A DNA stretch of 39,173 bases from Chlamydiota bacterium (GTDB lineage: Bacteria > Chlamydiota > Chlamydiia > Chlamydiales > SM23-39), in the NCBI GenBank assembly GCA_038534095.1, contig JBCAXK010000010.1:1-39173 (forward strand), read 5' to 3'. Numbering within the stretch: the first letter of the stretch is position 1; every line of letters starts with the position of its first letter. Below are positions 9,288 through 18,524 of this stretch, piece after piece. The notes below the pieces were generated by a model. The model did not search any database, had not been told where the DNA came from, and saw only the letters and a list, made by a program, of their open reading frames with translations. The position numbers were made by a program, and so were the translations under genes.

Positions 9288-12200
9288 TTACAAAATCGTT
9301 TTCCTCATCACATCCATCAGTTCTTCTCTAGAGAGGAGGCGTATTTGATCTGAGTCGTCCTTCCCAATCGAACTTTCAATAAGATGCTTTTTTGCATCAA
9401 TCATCTGATGAATGTGCTCTTCAATCGTATTTTTTGTAACAAGTTTGAACACTTGTACGCCTCTATTTTGCCCAATCCTATGCACGCGATCGGTCGCTTG
9501 GTCTTCTTTCGCTGGATTCCACCACCGGTCATAGTGAATCACAATCGATGCTACCGATAAATCGATGCCAACGCCCGCTGCTAATAGAGAGGCAACAAAT
9601 ACAAGACAGCTCGGATCATCTCGGAAAGTTTGCAAGGCTTCTTTCCGATTCTTTGTTGAACCCTTGATCGAAGTGAATCCGATCTTTTGCTTTTTGAGAT
9701 AGCTTTCCATAATAGAAAGCATCCCCAGATACTGAGAAAATACCACCACTTTTTGTTGGGACTGTCTCGCCTCTTCAATGAGATCTTGAAAAAATTCCCA
9801 TTTACCCGAACTGTGCTTGTGATACGACTTCAAATCTCCGTGGATTAGGCTGGGATGATCACACACTTGCTTGAGTTTCGATAAAAGAGAAAAAATATGC
9901 ATGTAGGGGAGCGGCTTTTTCTCATCAAAATCATCAAAGATCTCTTTGGTTCTTTCTTGAGCGATATTTTGGTAGAGCTCCGCTTGTTCTTCCGATAGAT
10001 CTAAATAGGAAATCTCTTCGATCTTTTCCGGAAGATCTAACAGCACTTCGGCTTTTTTCCTACGCAAAATGAATGGTTTGACCAGTTTTTGGAGGAGGCG
10101 TTTTTTTTCAGGATCATGGTGTTTTTCAATGGGGTTGATGAAGAGCTCCCGAAATCCTTTTTCACGGGGAAGGTAGCCAGGTAACACAATATCAAAAATG
10201 GCTTTGAGCTCACGGATCCGGTTTTCGATGGGCGTTCCTGTAAGACCCAATTTCATCGTGGCTTCGACAGCTAAAAGCGCCGAGTGGGTTTGGGAGTGAT
10301 GATTCTTCGCAATTTGAATCTCATCAAAAATGGCGAGCTCGAACACGTAGGGCTGTAAATTTTCTTTCCCTGTACGCAAAATCCCATAAGAAGTGAGAAG
10401 AAGATCGTAATCTGCCGTAAATTGGGCTAAAGAGCGCTCTAACCCGTAGTAGGTCAAAACGCGCAGGTTGGGCAAAAACCGTTCGAGCAAATCTTGCCAG
10501 TGGTAAATCACAGAAGTGGGGCAAACCACGATGAATTTACAGTCTCTCCCCATCTGCTCTTTCCAAGCAGCGGCCAAAATCGCCATCGCCTGATGCGTCT
10601 TCCCAAGACCCATTTCGTCACAAAGAAGTCCTGATAAACCATGACAATACAAAAACCAAAGCCATTGCAATCCCAGTTCTTGATAAGGGCGTAGGGTCGA
10701 TTTTAAAGCGCTGATATCGAGCAAACGTTGCGATTCGAAGGAGGTGAGATCCCGCATGGTTTTCCTGGTTTCTTCCTCCTCCGGAGAAGACCCTTCTGGC
10801 TCTTGGATATTCTCCATAATACAAAGGCGCATCCATTCAATCGTAGAGAGTCTTAGGAGCCTTTGCTTTTTTTGTAGTCGCCTCTTCCCCAAAGAGCGGA
10901 GCCAATGAAACCGGGCATCCTCTAGAAAAAGGAGCCCTGCCGGAGAGTAGTCTTGTTTTTTCTTTTGAAGAATCTTCTCCCACAGGTCGACAGCTTCACG
11001 AATCCCTATATCTGAGAGGTAGTAGAGATCAACAATCCAAAGATTTTTCTTTTTTTTTCTCTCCTTTTTGATGGAACGGACATGAAGCTGTAAACTCTGC
11101 GGTTTTTTGAGCCGATCATCTAGGTGGGAAGTAAACGGCTTGAGCCTCTCAATTTCATACTGCAAAAAAAACTCTTCCCGTTTTTTTGTAATCTTCATTT
11201 TTTGCACAAAGGGCTCGGGAAACGTGTGTTTGGGAGCAAGTGGGAAAAACCCTTGATCGCGTACATAGCCGTAATGTTGAAAAAATCGCACATCTGCCTC
11301 TTGGATCCCTAAAGCGTAACTTCTTTCAGGCTCTACCCAAACTTCATCATCTTGACTGAGAAAAATCTTCAGCCCAGAGCTTAGGAGAGGCTCATCTGTC
11401 AAAAAAAAGTTTTTCACCTCTAAAAGCTCTTCTTTGTACTCATCAATGAATGGGGCCACCTTCTCTTGAGGCACTGTGGTTCCCGAACGGAGTACAAAGA
11501 TCTCTTTTCCCCCTTTTTTCGGGAAAAACCCCTCTCCTCGAATAAAAATCCAAGGTCCCAAATCTAGCAGCCCCTCTTCCATGGAAAATTTTGAAGTAAA
11601 AGAGAGGTCTCCTTCCGCGCTCACCTGATAATCAAATTTGGCTTCTACGCTTCCAAAATGGGTGGTAAATCCAGGGAATTGCTGCAACCAAGCGCGGTGA
11701 TTGGTCACAAAGCTGCCAAGCTCACTGATCGCAATGGTTGTCTCAATGTCTGGGAAGAGCTTCTCACTGATGGGGAAAAATCCATGCCCGGGAATATAGG
11801 CATAAGAAGCAAACAGTTTTGCGTAAGGCTGGCAGAGGTCTCCTGGAGTAAAAAGGTAGGCTGTGATGATGAGCCCCGCAGACCCATCGACACGCAAAGT
11901 ATAACAAACAGGGGAGAGCTCTTCTGCGACGCGCACATTTTTTAAGTAGGCACGTAACGAAGAGTACTCTTGTAAAAAACGGTCAATCTCTTCTTCTTCA
12001 ATCACACGTTTTTGCAAGAGATCATCCTCTTTAAAAAATCCTTGGGAAGGAATGTATCTCCAGCTGCCTACAGAAAGGCTAGTTTCTTTTTTCTGAAGAT
12101 CTGGGGCTCCCTTTTCTCGATACAATACAAAACAGCTCTGCTCTTCATTGTAGACAATTTTTTGCAGAGATAAGATCGTCGTATTTTTTACGTCCAAAGA

Positions 12201-12956
12201 GGAATGGACCGTGGTCAAAGACTCGATCAGAAGGGGCCAAGCGCCCTCCTCAATCGAGGCAGAAAACGTGAGCCCTGCAAAGGCGCCCTCTACCCTGTTT
12301 GGTAACGCATTCTCCTTAGCAAAAAAGGTGATCGTATACGTTTCCCCCCTCTCTTGCATCAGAAAACACCATTTAGCAAGATCAGACCAAAACGAGAGCT
12401 CAAAGCGGAGAGCAGCAGAAGCCCTCCCCTCTTTGTATTCCTGCATTTCTTCTAAAGAAAGGTTGGAAAATTTGAGTGAGGTCTCCTCTGTTTCCTTAAC
12501 GCGCTCTTCGACAAGCTGCTTTAAGGTGGAGGCAACATCAACTCCATGCGACTTGATGACAAATAAAGGAGCGCCCTTATGGACAATTTGGTATCCCTCT
12601 TCCTGTTTTTCTAGCAAGCTTGTTTGGTAACCAGCAACGCTTGCCAAAGAAGAAAAAAGAGCTTGCCAAAAAGATTTTTTGTAACGCACATGAAGGAGAG
12701 AGGGGCGAGTAATGGCAGAAAAAGCGCAGGCCAAATGAGCACAAGCCCCCGAACTTTCTGACTGCTTGCAGGAGCAGAAAAAATCGAGCAACTTTCCCGT
12801 ATCATCAAACTGTAGAAAAGGCCAGTAAGCTGTTTTTTCCTCTGGATCCCACACCGCAACCTGATAGGTCCCCTCAGAAAAAACGATGTCTTGGATCGCA
12901 TCTTTCAGTTTTTCTGCGTCCGACAAATACTGATCAATCGGAGAAGGTGGTTTCAT
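9288..12956 (-). CDS. SWIM zinc finger + SNF2/SWI2 family helicase-like ATPase (chlamydial type)
   Basis: CSC...CAH SWIM motif; LRPYQ, DEMGLGKT, DEIQ, LTGTPIEN, VFSQY, WWNPAKEDQATDRVHRIGQ. Confidence 0.95.
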   Translation of the reverse strand: MKPPSPIDQYLSDAEKLKDAIQDIVFSEGTYQVAVWDPEEKTAYWPFLQFDDTGKLLDFFCSCKQSESSGACAHLACAFSAITRPSLLHVRYKKSFWQALFSSLASVAGYQTSLLEKQEEGYQIVHKGAPLFVIKSHGVDVASTLKQLVEERVKETEETSLKFSNLSLEEMQEYKEGRASAALRFELSFWSDLAKWCFLMQERGETYTITFFAKENALPNRVEGAFAGLTFSASIEEGAWPLLIESLTTVHSSLDVKNTTILSLQKIVYNEEQSCFVLYREKGAPDLQKKETSLSVGSWRYIPSQGFFKEDDLLQKRVIEEEEIDRFLQEYSSLRAYLKNVRVAEELSPVCYTLRVDGSAGLIITAYLFTPGDLCQPYAKLFASYAYIPGHGFFPISEKLFPDIETTIAISELGSFVTNHRAWLQQFPGFTTHFGSVEAKFDYQVSAEGDLSFTSKFSMEEGLLDLGPWIFIRGEGFFPKKGGKEIFVLRSGTTVPQEKVAPFIDEYKEELLEVKNFFLTDEPLLSSGLKIFLSQDDEVWVEPERSYALGIQEADVRFFQHYGYVRDQGFFPLAPKHTFPEPFVQKMKITKKREEFFLQYEIERLKPFTSHLDDRLKKPQSLQLHVRSIKKERKKKKNLWIVDLYYLSDIGIREAVDLWEKILQKKKQDYSPAGLLFLEDARFHWLRSLGKRRLQKKQRLLRLSTIEWMRLCIMENIQEPEGSSPEEEETRKTMRDLTSFESQRLLDISALKSTLRPYQELGLQWLWFLYCHGLSGLLCDEMGLGKTHQAMAILAAAWKEQMGRDCKFIVVCPTSVIYHWQDLLERFLPNLRVLTYYGLERSLAQFTADYDLLLTSYGILRTGKENLQPYVFELAIFDEIQIAKNHHSQTHSALLAVEATMKLGLTGTPIENRIRELKAIFDIVLPGYLPREKGFRELFINPIEKHHDPEKKRLLQKLVKPFILRRKKAEVLLDLPEKIEEISYLDLSEEQAELYQNIAQERTKEIFDDFDEKKPLPYMHIFSLLSKLKQVCDHPSLIHGDLKSYHKHSSGKWEFFQDLIEEARQSQQKVVVFSQYLGMLSIMESYLKKQKIGFTSIKGSTKNRKEALQTFRDDPSCLVFVASLLAAGVGIDLSVASIVIHYDRWWNPAKEDQATDRVHRIGQNRGVQVFKLVTKNTIEEHIHQMIDAKKHLIESSIGKDDSDQIRLLSREELMDVMRKTIL

Positions 12957-12987
12957 CCATCCCTTTTATTCTGCTGAAGAACGTAAA

Positions 12988-14100
12988 CTACAAAGTCTCT
13001 CTTGGAGGTACATAGTCGTAGCCGAGTTCCGCTGCAACATCTGCGTTCGTTACTTGTCCATAGCATACATTGAGACCCTTTTGCAAATGGGGATCGGATA
13101 AAATAGCCTCGCGGTATCCCACGTTGGCAATGTACAGCCCGACAGGACTAATCGCATTCGAAAGACCAAAAGTCGCTGTTCGGGAGCAAGCAGCGGGCAT
13201 GTTTGTGACGCAATAATGGACGATGCCCTGCTCGACAAATGTGGGCTTCGAATGGGTCGTAGGTTTTGAGGTAGCTGCGCACCCGCCTTGATCAATGGCT
13301 ACATCCACAATCACAGAACCTCCTTTCATCATACCAAGCATCTCTTTGGTGATCAGTTTAGGAGCAGCCTTGCCTGGCAGAAGAACCGCTCCAATGACAA
13401 GATCGGCTTCTTGAATCACATGTTCTAAATGTTGTTGCGTCGAAAATACGGTCCGCAGGCGAGAGCCAAAATGGGCGTTCAATTCGCGGAGTCTTGGAAG
13501 AGAGCGGTCTAAAATGATCACATCTGCGCCAAGGCCAATCGCCATCGACGCAGCGTTTGTTCCAACAACGCCTCCACCAATCACAACGACTTTTCCAGGC
13601 AATACCCCAGGAATGCCTCCTAAAAGCACGCCTCTTCCTCCAGAAGCAATATGCAGCGCATTGGCTCCTGCTTGGAGAGCAATTCTCCCTGCCATTTCAC
13701 TCATCGGAACAAGCAAAGGGAGTCTCCCCTGCTCATCGGTCACCGTCTCGTAAGCAAGAGCGACAACATTTTGTCGAACAAGCGCCTCAGCTAGCTTAGG
13801 ATCAGCGGCAAGGTGTAAATAGGAAAATAAAACCTGCCCCTTACGAAGCAAAGGATACTCTTCAGGCTGCGGCTCTTTGACCTTGATGATCATTTCGGCC
13901 GTAGCATAGACTTCTTCTTTTGTAGCAAGAATCTTCGCTCCCGCTTTCTCGTAAAGGGCGTCTGTAAACCCGATGGCTACTCCGGCACCCTTTTCTACAA
14001 AAACCTCATGATGGGCTTTTGTGAACATGCGTACCGCTTCAGGCGTAAGCCCCACTCGGTATTCGTGATTCTTGACTTCTTTCGGTATCCCAATTTTCAT
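12988..14100 (-). CDS. ald: Alanine dehydrogenase
   Basis: MKIGIPKEVKNHEYRVGLTP, KVKEP, YLHLAA, PMSEMAGR, GGGVVG, DVAIDQGGC, HYCVTNMP. Confidence 0.97.
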   Translation of the reverse strand: MKIGIPKEVKNHEYRVGLTPEAVRMFTKAHHEVFVEKGAGVAIGFTDALYEKAGAKILATKEEVYATAEMIIKVKEPQPEEYPLLRKGQVLFSYLHLAADPKLAEALVRQNVVALAYETVTDEQGRLPLLVPMSEMAGRIALQAGANALHIASGGRGVLLGGIPGVLPGKVVVIGGGVVGTNAASMAIGLGADVIILDRSLPRLRELNAHFGSRLRTVFSTQQHLEHVIQEADLVIGAVLLPGKAAPKLITKEMLGMMKGGSVIVDVAIDQGGCAATSKPTTHSKPTFVEQGIVHYCVTNMPAACSRTATFGLSNAISPVGLYIANVGYREAILSDPHLQKGLNVCYGQVTNADVAAELGYDYVPPRETL

Positions 14101-14884
14101 AATGTTTTCCAAACCCTCTATACACTAATCTAGGTAGTCCAAGCACTTCTACTGAATCGATGGTCGGTTTTTGTTCAGGATGCTCCCGCAGTCGCAGATG
14201 CACATGCAAGCATCCCCCCTTGAATCGAAACATAAATGGACCTGGGTCATTATGCAAAAAGTAACAAATCGATGCAATAGCCGCGCTTGCGCTCGCGCAC
14301 CCCCAAGTAAAATCTTCCACCCCTTTTTCAAAGGTTTTGACGTGGTAAGAGCCTTCCCGATCGGTTACCACGCTGATGTTTGCATCAAAAGCGTTTCTGA
14401 GGGCCTTTATCGGCAAATCTTGCATCGTTTCTTGAAAAATCACCCCATGCCTTACACCTAAGGTGATCAAGTGAATCGCCTCTTCGATCGCTGGCGCCTT
14501 TTCTTGTAAAGAGACTTGGGCATTGCCTGGCATAGAAACGCTATGCCAATTTTCCCCAAGAGAGGCGGTGATATATTCTTCGGTTCCAGAAGTGAGGTTG
14601 AGCTCTTTTTCGCCAACATGTTTGGATACGCAAAGAGCAGCGTTCCCGCAAAAATCGGCTGGTCTCCCATCTGCGTTGAAGTAAAGCATGGTAAACTGCT
14701 GCTCCCCTTGCTTTTGAAGAACAACAAGACCATCTGCCCCAACGCCAAATCTGCGAGCACAAAGGTGGCGAATCCAAGATTGCATTTTAGGGCAATCCTT
14801 TTCAAAAGTCTTGGCATGATCTTCGATAAAAATGAAATCATTGCCACAAGATTCGTATTTCCAAAAAGGGACTTGTTGCATCAT
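14039..14884 (-). CDS. dapF: Diaminopimelate epimerase (divergent)
   Basis: KYESCGNDF, RRFGVGADG, FNADG..FCGNA, TFEKGVE..TWGC; both catalytic Cys present. Start placed at ATG 14884, just after the clpP stop. Confidence 0.85.
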   Translation of the reverse strand: MMQQVPFWKYESCGNDFIFIEDHAKTFEKDCPKMQSWIRHLCARRFGVGADGLVVLQKQGEQQFTMLYFNADGRPADFCGNAALCVSKHVGEKELNLTSGTEEYITASLGENWHSVSMPGNAQVSLQEKAPAIEEAIHLITLGVRHGVIFQETMQDLPIKALRNAFDANISVVTDREGSYHVKTFEKGVEDFTWGCASASAAIASICYFLHNDPGPFMFRFKGGCLHVHLRLREHPEQKPTIDSVEVLGLPRLVYRGFGKHYENWDTERSQESRIPSGAYA

Positions 14885-14888
14885 ACCC

Positions 14889-15485
14889 TTAACAAGCCGC
14901 CTCAAGCTCCTCACCCGACAAGATGACTTTATCGAGAAGACCGAAATCCAAAGCCTCTTCTGAAGACATCCAGTTGTCTCTATCGATCGCAAGATCGATT
15001 TCTTCAGGAGATTTTCCGGTAGCATCTGCGTAAATACTGACAATTTGTGCGCGCGTCTTCAACATCTCTTTTGCTTGAATTTCAAGGTCAGTTGCTTGTC
15101 CTCGGATAACGCCTCCAATCAAAGGCTGGTGAATCATAATCCTAGAATTCGGAGTCGCAAACCTTCTCCCTTTTGCAGCGCATAAGCTTAGAAGAGAGCC
15201 CATGGAAGCTGCGAGCCCTGAGACCACAGTCGTGACAGGAGAGCGGAGCATTTTGACCGTATCCCAGATCGCAAAACCTGAGTCGACCGACCCTCCGGGG
15301 GAGTTGATGAAAAAAAAGATGGGCTTCCCTGGGTCTTTCCACTCCAAATACCAAAGCTTGCGAACGAGATCCTTTGCCGAATTGGCATCGACCTCTCGTG
15401 CCAGGAATACTCTTCTTTTTTCTAAAAAAGCTTCCTCAATTTGGTCGTTGATGAATTTGAAAGATTGAGCCGTATCTTGTTCCAT
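14889..15485 (-). CDS. clpP: ATP-dependent Clp protease proteolytic subunit (chlamydial ClpP1-like)
   Basis: [33 protein letters not shown]. Confidence 0.97.
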   Translation of the reverse strand: MEQDTAQSFKFINDQIEEAFLEKRRVFLAREVDANSAKDLVRKLWYLEWKDPGKPIFFFINSPGGSVDSGFAIWDTVKMLRSPVTTVVSGLAASMGSLLSLCAAKGRRFATPNSRIMIHQPLIGGVIRGQATDLEIQAKEMLKTRAQIVSIYADATGKSPEEIDLAIDRDNWMSSEEALDFGLLDKVILSGEELEAAC

Positions 15486-15522
15486 AGAGTCTCCGATATT
15501 TTTTTTTCTTTATAGCACACGG

Positions 15523-17088
15523 TTATATTGTTTGACAAAGCTCTTCGTTAGAAGGGAGCTCTGGGTACAGGGGATGTTTTTTCAGCAGAGAGGAAACTAC
15601 CTGGGCGCAAGATTTTTCTGCTCGAGGATCGACCGTGCAGGTCGATTTCATCAGCCGCTTTTCTGCGCCGCGCGTCTGAAAGACCGGTTTGGCCGTCTGT
15701 AAGAGAGCATGAATGGCCTTTCCAATCTCTTGCATCTCGTCTTCTTTCATACCAAGTGTTGTCATTGCAGGGGTCCCGAGGCGAATGCCTGAGGTGTACC
15801 AGGGTCCATTTTGATCTTCTGGAATGGCATTTCTATTGATCGTAATCTGCGCTTTACGAAGGGCTGCTTCTGCCGCTTTACCAGTAATTCCGTAGGATGT
15901 TTGCACATCTACTAGCACCATGTGGTTCTCGGTGCCCCCAGTGATCACTTTGGCTCCTAAGTCTTGGAGGCACGAGGCTAGCGCCTTCGCATTTTTTACA
16001 ACTTGCTGACTGTAAAGAGCAAATTCGGGGGCTAACGCCTCTTGAAAAGCTAGCCCCTTAGCAGCAATCACGTGGGGAAGAGGTCCCCCAATCACTTGGG
16101 GACAACCCTGGTCCACCGCCTCTTTTAAAGGAAGTTCCTGAAGAACTTGATCGACCGCCTCTTTCAATCGAGGCTTGTACCTAATCGTGTTTTTAGGCAG
16201 AAGAATCATCCCTCCTCTTGGACCGCGAAGGGTTTTATGGGTTGTTGAGGTCAGAATATGGGCGTGCTCTGTTGGGTCATACTTTCCGCTAAACACTTTC
16301 CCTGCGACAAGACCAGAAAAGTGGGCCATATCGACTAAAAGGATCGCGCCCACCTCATCAGCAATGGCGCGCATTTTTGCAAAATCGATTTTCCTCGAGT
16401 AAGAGGAATAGCCTGCGATCAAAATGAGCGGCTTTTCTTCCAAAACCCGTTTTTCGACTTGCTCGTAATCCAACAAACCAGTTTTTGGATCGACCTCATA
16501 AAACGAGCAGCTAAGGAGTTTTGAAGAAATATTATGACGGTATCCGTGCGTTAAATGCCCTCCAGAGCTTAGGGCCATGCCCATCATTTTTTGCTTGAAC
16601 AAAAGCTCTCTTAAAGAGGCGTATTCTTTTTCTGATAAGTCTTGTAACTTTTTCCCCAAATACTGGATGTACGGATCTTGCACGCACACTTTGAGGATCG
16701 CTAAAAAAGCGATGAGATTGGCATCGGCTCCCGAGTGAGGCTGCAGATAGGCATGCTCTACTCCATACAGCTTTTCTGCTAAAGAGGCGGCGTGCGCCTC
16801 AATAGCGTCCACATTTTCACACCCTGCGTAAAAACGCTTCCCAATCGACCCTTCGCTATATTTATCGGTCAAAAGATTGCCCATAGCAAGTTGCACCTTA
16901 AGAGAGGAATAATTTTCAGAGGCGATCATTTTTAAATACGTTCTTTGATCAAAAAGTTCTTGAAGAATCGAACGCGCGAGAGTAGGACTTGTTTCCTCAA
17001 TCGCATCGAGAGAAGCGATAAACGCTATAGCTTGAGAAGTTTGCCGATCTTTAGGAACGGTTTTCCAATAAATTTCTAAATATTTCAT
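15523..17088 (-). CDS. glyA: Serine hydroxymethyltransferase, long chlamydial type
   Basis: IASENY, DKYSEG..RFYAGCE, QPHSGADAN, GGHLTHG, DMAHFSGLVA, TTHKTLRGPRGG, SGIRLGTPAMTT. Confidence 0.97.
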   Translation of the reverse strand: MKYLEIYWKTVPKDRQTSQAIAFIASLDAIEETSPTLARSILQELFDQRTYLKMIASENYSSLKVQLAMGNLLTDKYSEGSIGKRFYAGCENVDAIEAHAASLAEKLYGVEHAYLQPHSGADANLIAFLAILKVCVQDPYIQYLGKKLQDLSEKEYASLRELLFKQKMMGMALSSGGHLTHGYRHNISSKLLSCSFYEVDPKTGLLDYEQVEKRVLEEKPLILIAGYSSYSRKIDFAKMRAIADEVGAILLVDMAHFSGLVAGKVFSGKYDPTEHAHILTSTTHKTLRGPRGGMILLPKNTIRYKPRLKEAVDQVLQELPLKEAVDQGCPQVIGGPLPHVIAAKGLAFQEALAPEFALYSQQVVKNAKALASCLQDLGAKVITGGTENHMVLVDVQTSYGITGKAAEAALRKAQITINRNAIPEDQNGPWYTSGIRLGTPAMTTLGMKEDEMQEIGKAIHALLQTAKPVFQTRGAEKRLMKSTCTVDPRAEKSCAQVVSSLLKKHPLYPELPSNEELCQTI

Positions 17089-17326
17089 AGGCCTCGTTTT
17101 ACCTGATTTTTTGTCCTCTTTCTACGATCTTGCATACGTATTTGGCAAGCTGCAGCGCCTAAGGGGCGCACGCTTTTTCGCGCAAGCAGAGATTTACATG
17201 CAACGCATTTACTCTTAATAGATTATCCGCTTAAACCCCGCGGAGATGCTTGAGAAATACCTGCAGCAGGTTCTTGCCGAAGGGGGCCTTTGCAAGAGAC
17301 CTTTAGAGAATTTTTTCAACCTACTA

Positions 17327-17355
17327 TTGATAGATTCCCTTATTTTTAGTAAAGT
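17327..17355 (+). promoter_or_regulatory. Putative sigma66 promoter TTGATA-N17-TAAAGT
   Basis: Consensus-like hexamers with 17-nt spacing, 31 nt upstream of ATG 17387. Confidence 0.55.
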
Positions 17356-17386
17356 ACTAACTAGTTAATTACAGTAGGATAAACGG

Positions 17387-18148
17387 ATGCGAGAAAGATT
17401 AAAAGTCATTTTAGAGATTCAAGAATTCGATATGAAAATGATTCGCCTCCTCAGACTGCGTAAGGACCGGGAAAAAGAACTCCGCCACATCGCTTCTTTG
17501 CGTTTCGACTTACAAGAACAGCTCAAAGAGAAGGAAGAGGACATCAAAGATTTATCTTTGCAAATCACCGCCAAAGAATCTCACATCCAAGATGTGAAAG
17601 AAAAAATTCAAAAGCTTGAACAAAAACAAAGCAGCGTCAAAAAAGTGGATGAGTTCAATGCTTTGACTCAAGAAATCACCGTCGCAGAAAGAGATAAGGC
17701 GAGCTCAGAACAAACCACTTCCGATCTCATCGATAAGCGGACCCTCGAAGAGGAGATTTTAGGCAAAATCAAAGATAGTTTGCAAGAATCTGAGGATAGC
17801 AGCAAGGCGCTTGAACAGGAAATTCTCACAAGTATCCGAGCGATCAATGAAGAGGGAAAGACTCTCAAAGAGCAGCGGGACACTTTAGCAAAAGGCGCTG
17901 ACGGAGAGATCTTAGGAGTGTATGAACGGTTACTGAGAAACCGCAGAGACCGGGTGATTGTACCTATCGAAAATCGGACCTGTTCTGGATGCCATATTGC
18001 TCTTACTGCCCAGCATGAGAATCTAGTCAGAAAAGGAGAAAAGCTCATTTTTTGTGAACATTGCTCTCGGATCCACTACTGGCTTGATGAGGCAGGAACA
18101 ACGACCACGCAAAAACGGCGCAGAAGACGCTCTACCACCTCAGTGTAA
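17387..18148 (+). CDS. Coiled-coil + C4 zinc-ribbon protein (DUF164; CT398/CdsZ family)
   Basis: ILEIQEFDMKMIRL, long coiled coil, CSGCH...CEHCSRIHY, Arg-rich tail; lies directly upstream of rnpB. Confidence 0.92.
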   Translation: MRERLKVILEIQEFDMKMIRLLRLRKDREKELRHIASLRFDLQEQLKEKEEDIKDLSLQITAKESHIQDVKEKIQKLEQKQSSVKKVDEFNALTQEITVAERDKASSEQTTSDLIDKRTLEEEILGKIKDSLQESEDSSKALEQEILTSIRAINEEGKTLKEQRDTLAKGADGEILGVYERLLRNRRDRVIVPIENRTCSGCHIALTAQHENLVRKGEKLIFCEHCSRIHYWLDEAGTTTTQKRRRRRSTTSV

Positions 18149-18153
18149 TTCGC

Positions 18154-18174
18154 TTGTTCCTCTAAAAGGAACAA
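18154..18174 (+). other. Stem-loop immediately 5' of rnpB
   Basis: TTGTTCCT-CTAAA-AGGAACAA, 8-bp stem. Confidence 0.4.
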
Positions 18175-18179
18175 AGGCG

Positions 18180-18524
18180 CATGTGAAAAGCGGGCAATCG
18201 CGGGAGAACTTACGGTCTCCTGAGGAAAGTCTGGACTTCATAGAAGAGGATACCAGTGAAAGACTGGGGGCCGCGAGGCTACGGAAAGTGCAACAGAAAA
18301 CACATCGCCGAATCTTTCGGACAGACTGAAAATGCTAGCTTAAGGAGCTAGCCTCCCCTGATGGCAACATAGGGGAGCTGCAAACCCTATCTGAAGCAAG
18401 AAAGAAGAAAACATCAGCTCTTCTTCGAAGCGTTTTCTTCCACTGATCGCTTGAGCCTTTTGGAGACAAAGGGCCTAGAGGAATGATTGCCGTAAACAGA
18501 ATCCGGCTTACCGCTTTTCACATG
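18180..18524 (+). ncRNA. rnpB: RNase P RNA (type A, chlamydial)
   Basis: GAGGAAAGTCTGGAC, GGAAAGTGCAACAGAAA, GCAAACCC, GAAGCAAG, ACAGAATCCGGCTTA; P1 pairing CATGTGAAAAGCGG/CCGCTTTTCACATG, followed by a T run. Confidence 0.97.

Noticed and set aside
9288..12956. SNF2 helicase as part of an anti-phage defence system
   Set aside because: SWIM-SNF2 proteins of this size are core chlamydial genes, and no methylase, nuclease or other defence partner is adjacent.
17240..17302. Glycine riboswitch suggested by GGAGA...GCCGAAGG near glyA
   Set aside because: The motif is on the strand opposite glyA and the CUCUCAGG element is missing; no ZTP-riboswitch core was seen either.
18395..18455. RNase P RNA lacking the L15 GGU motif
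   Set aside because: Already described for chlamydial RNase P RNAs; it supports the taxonomy but is not novel.
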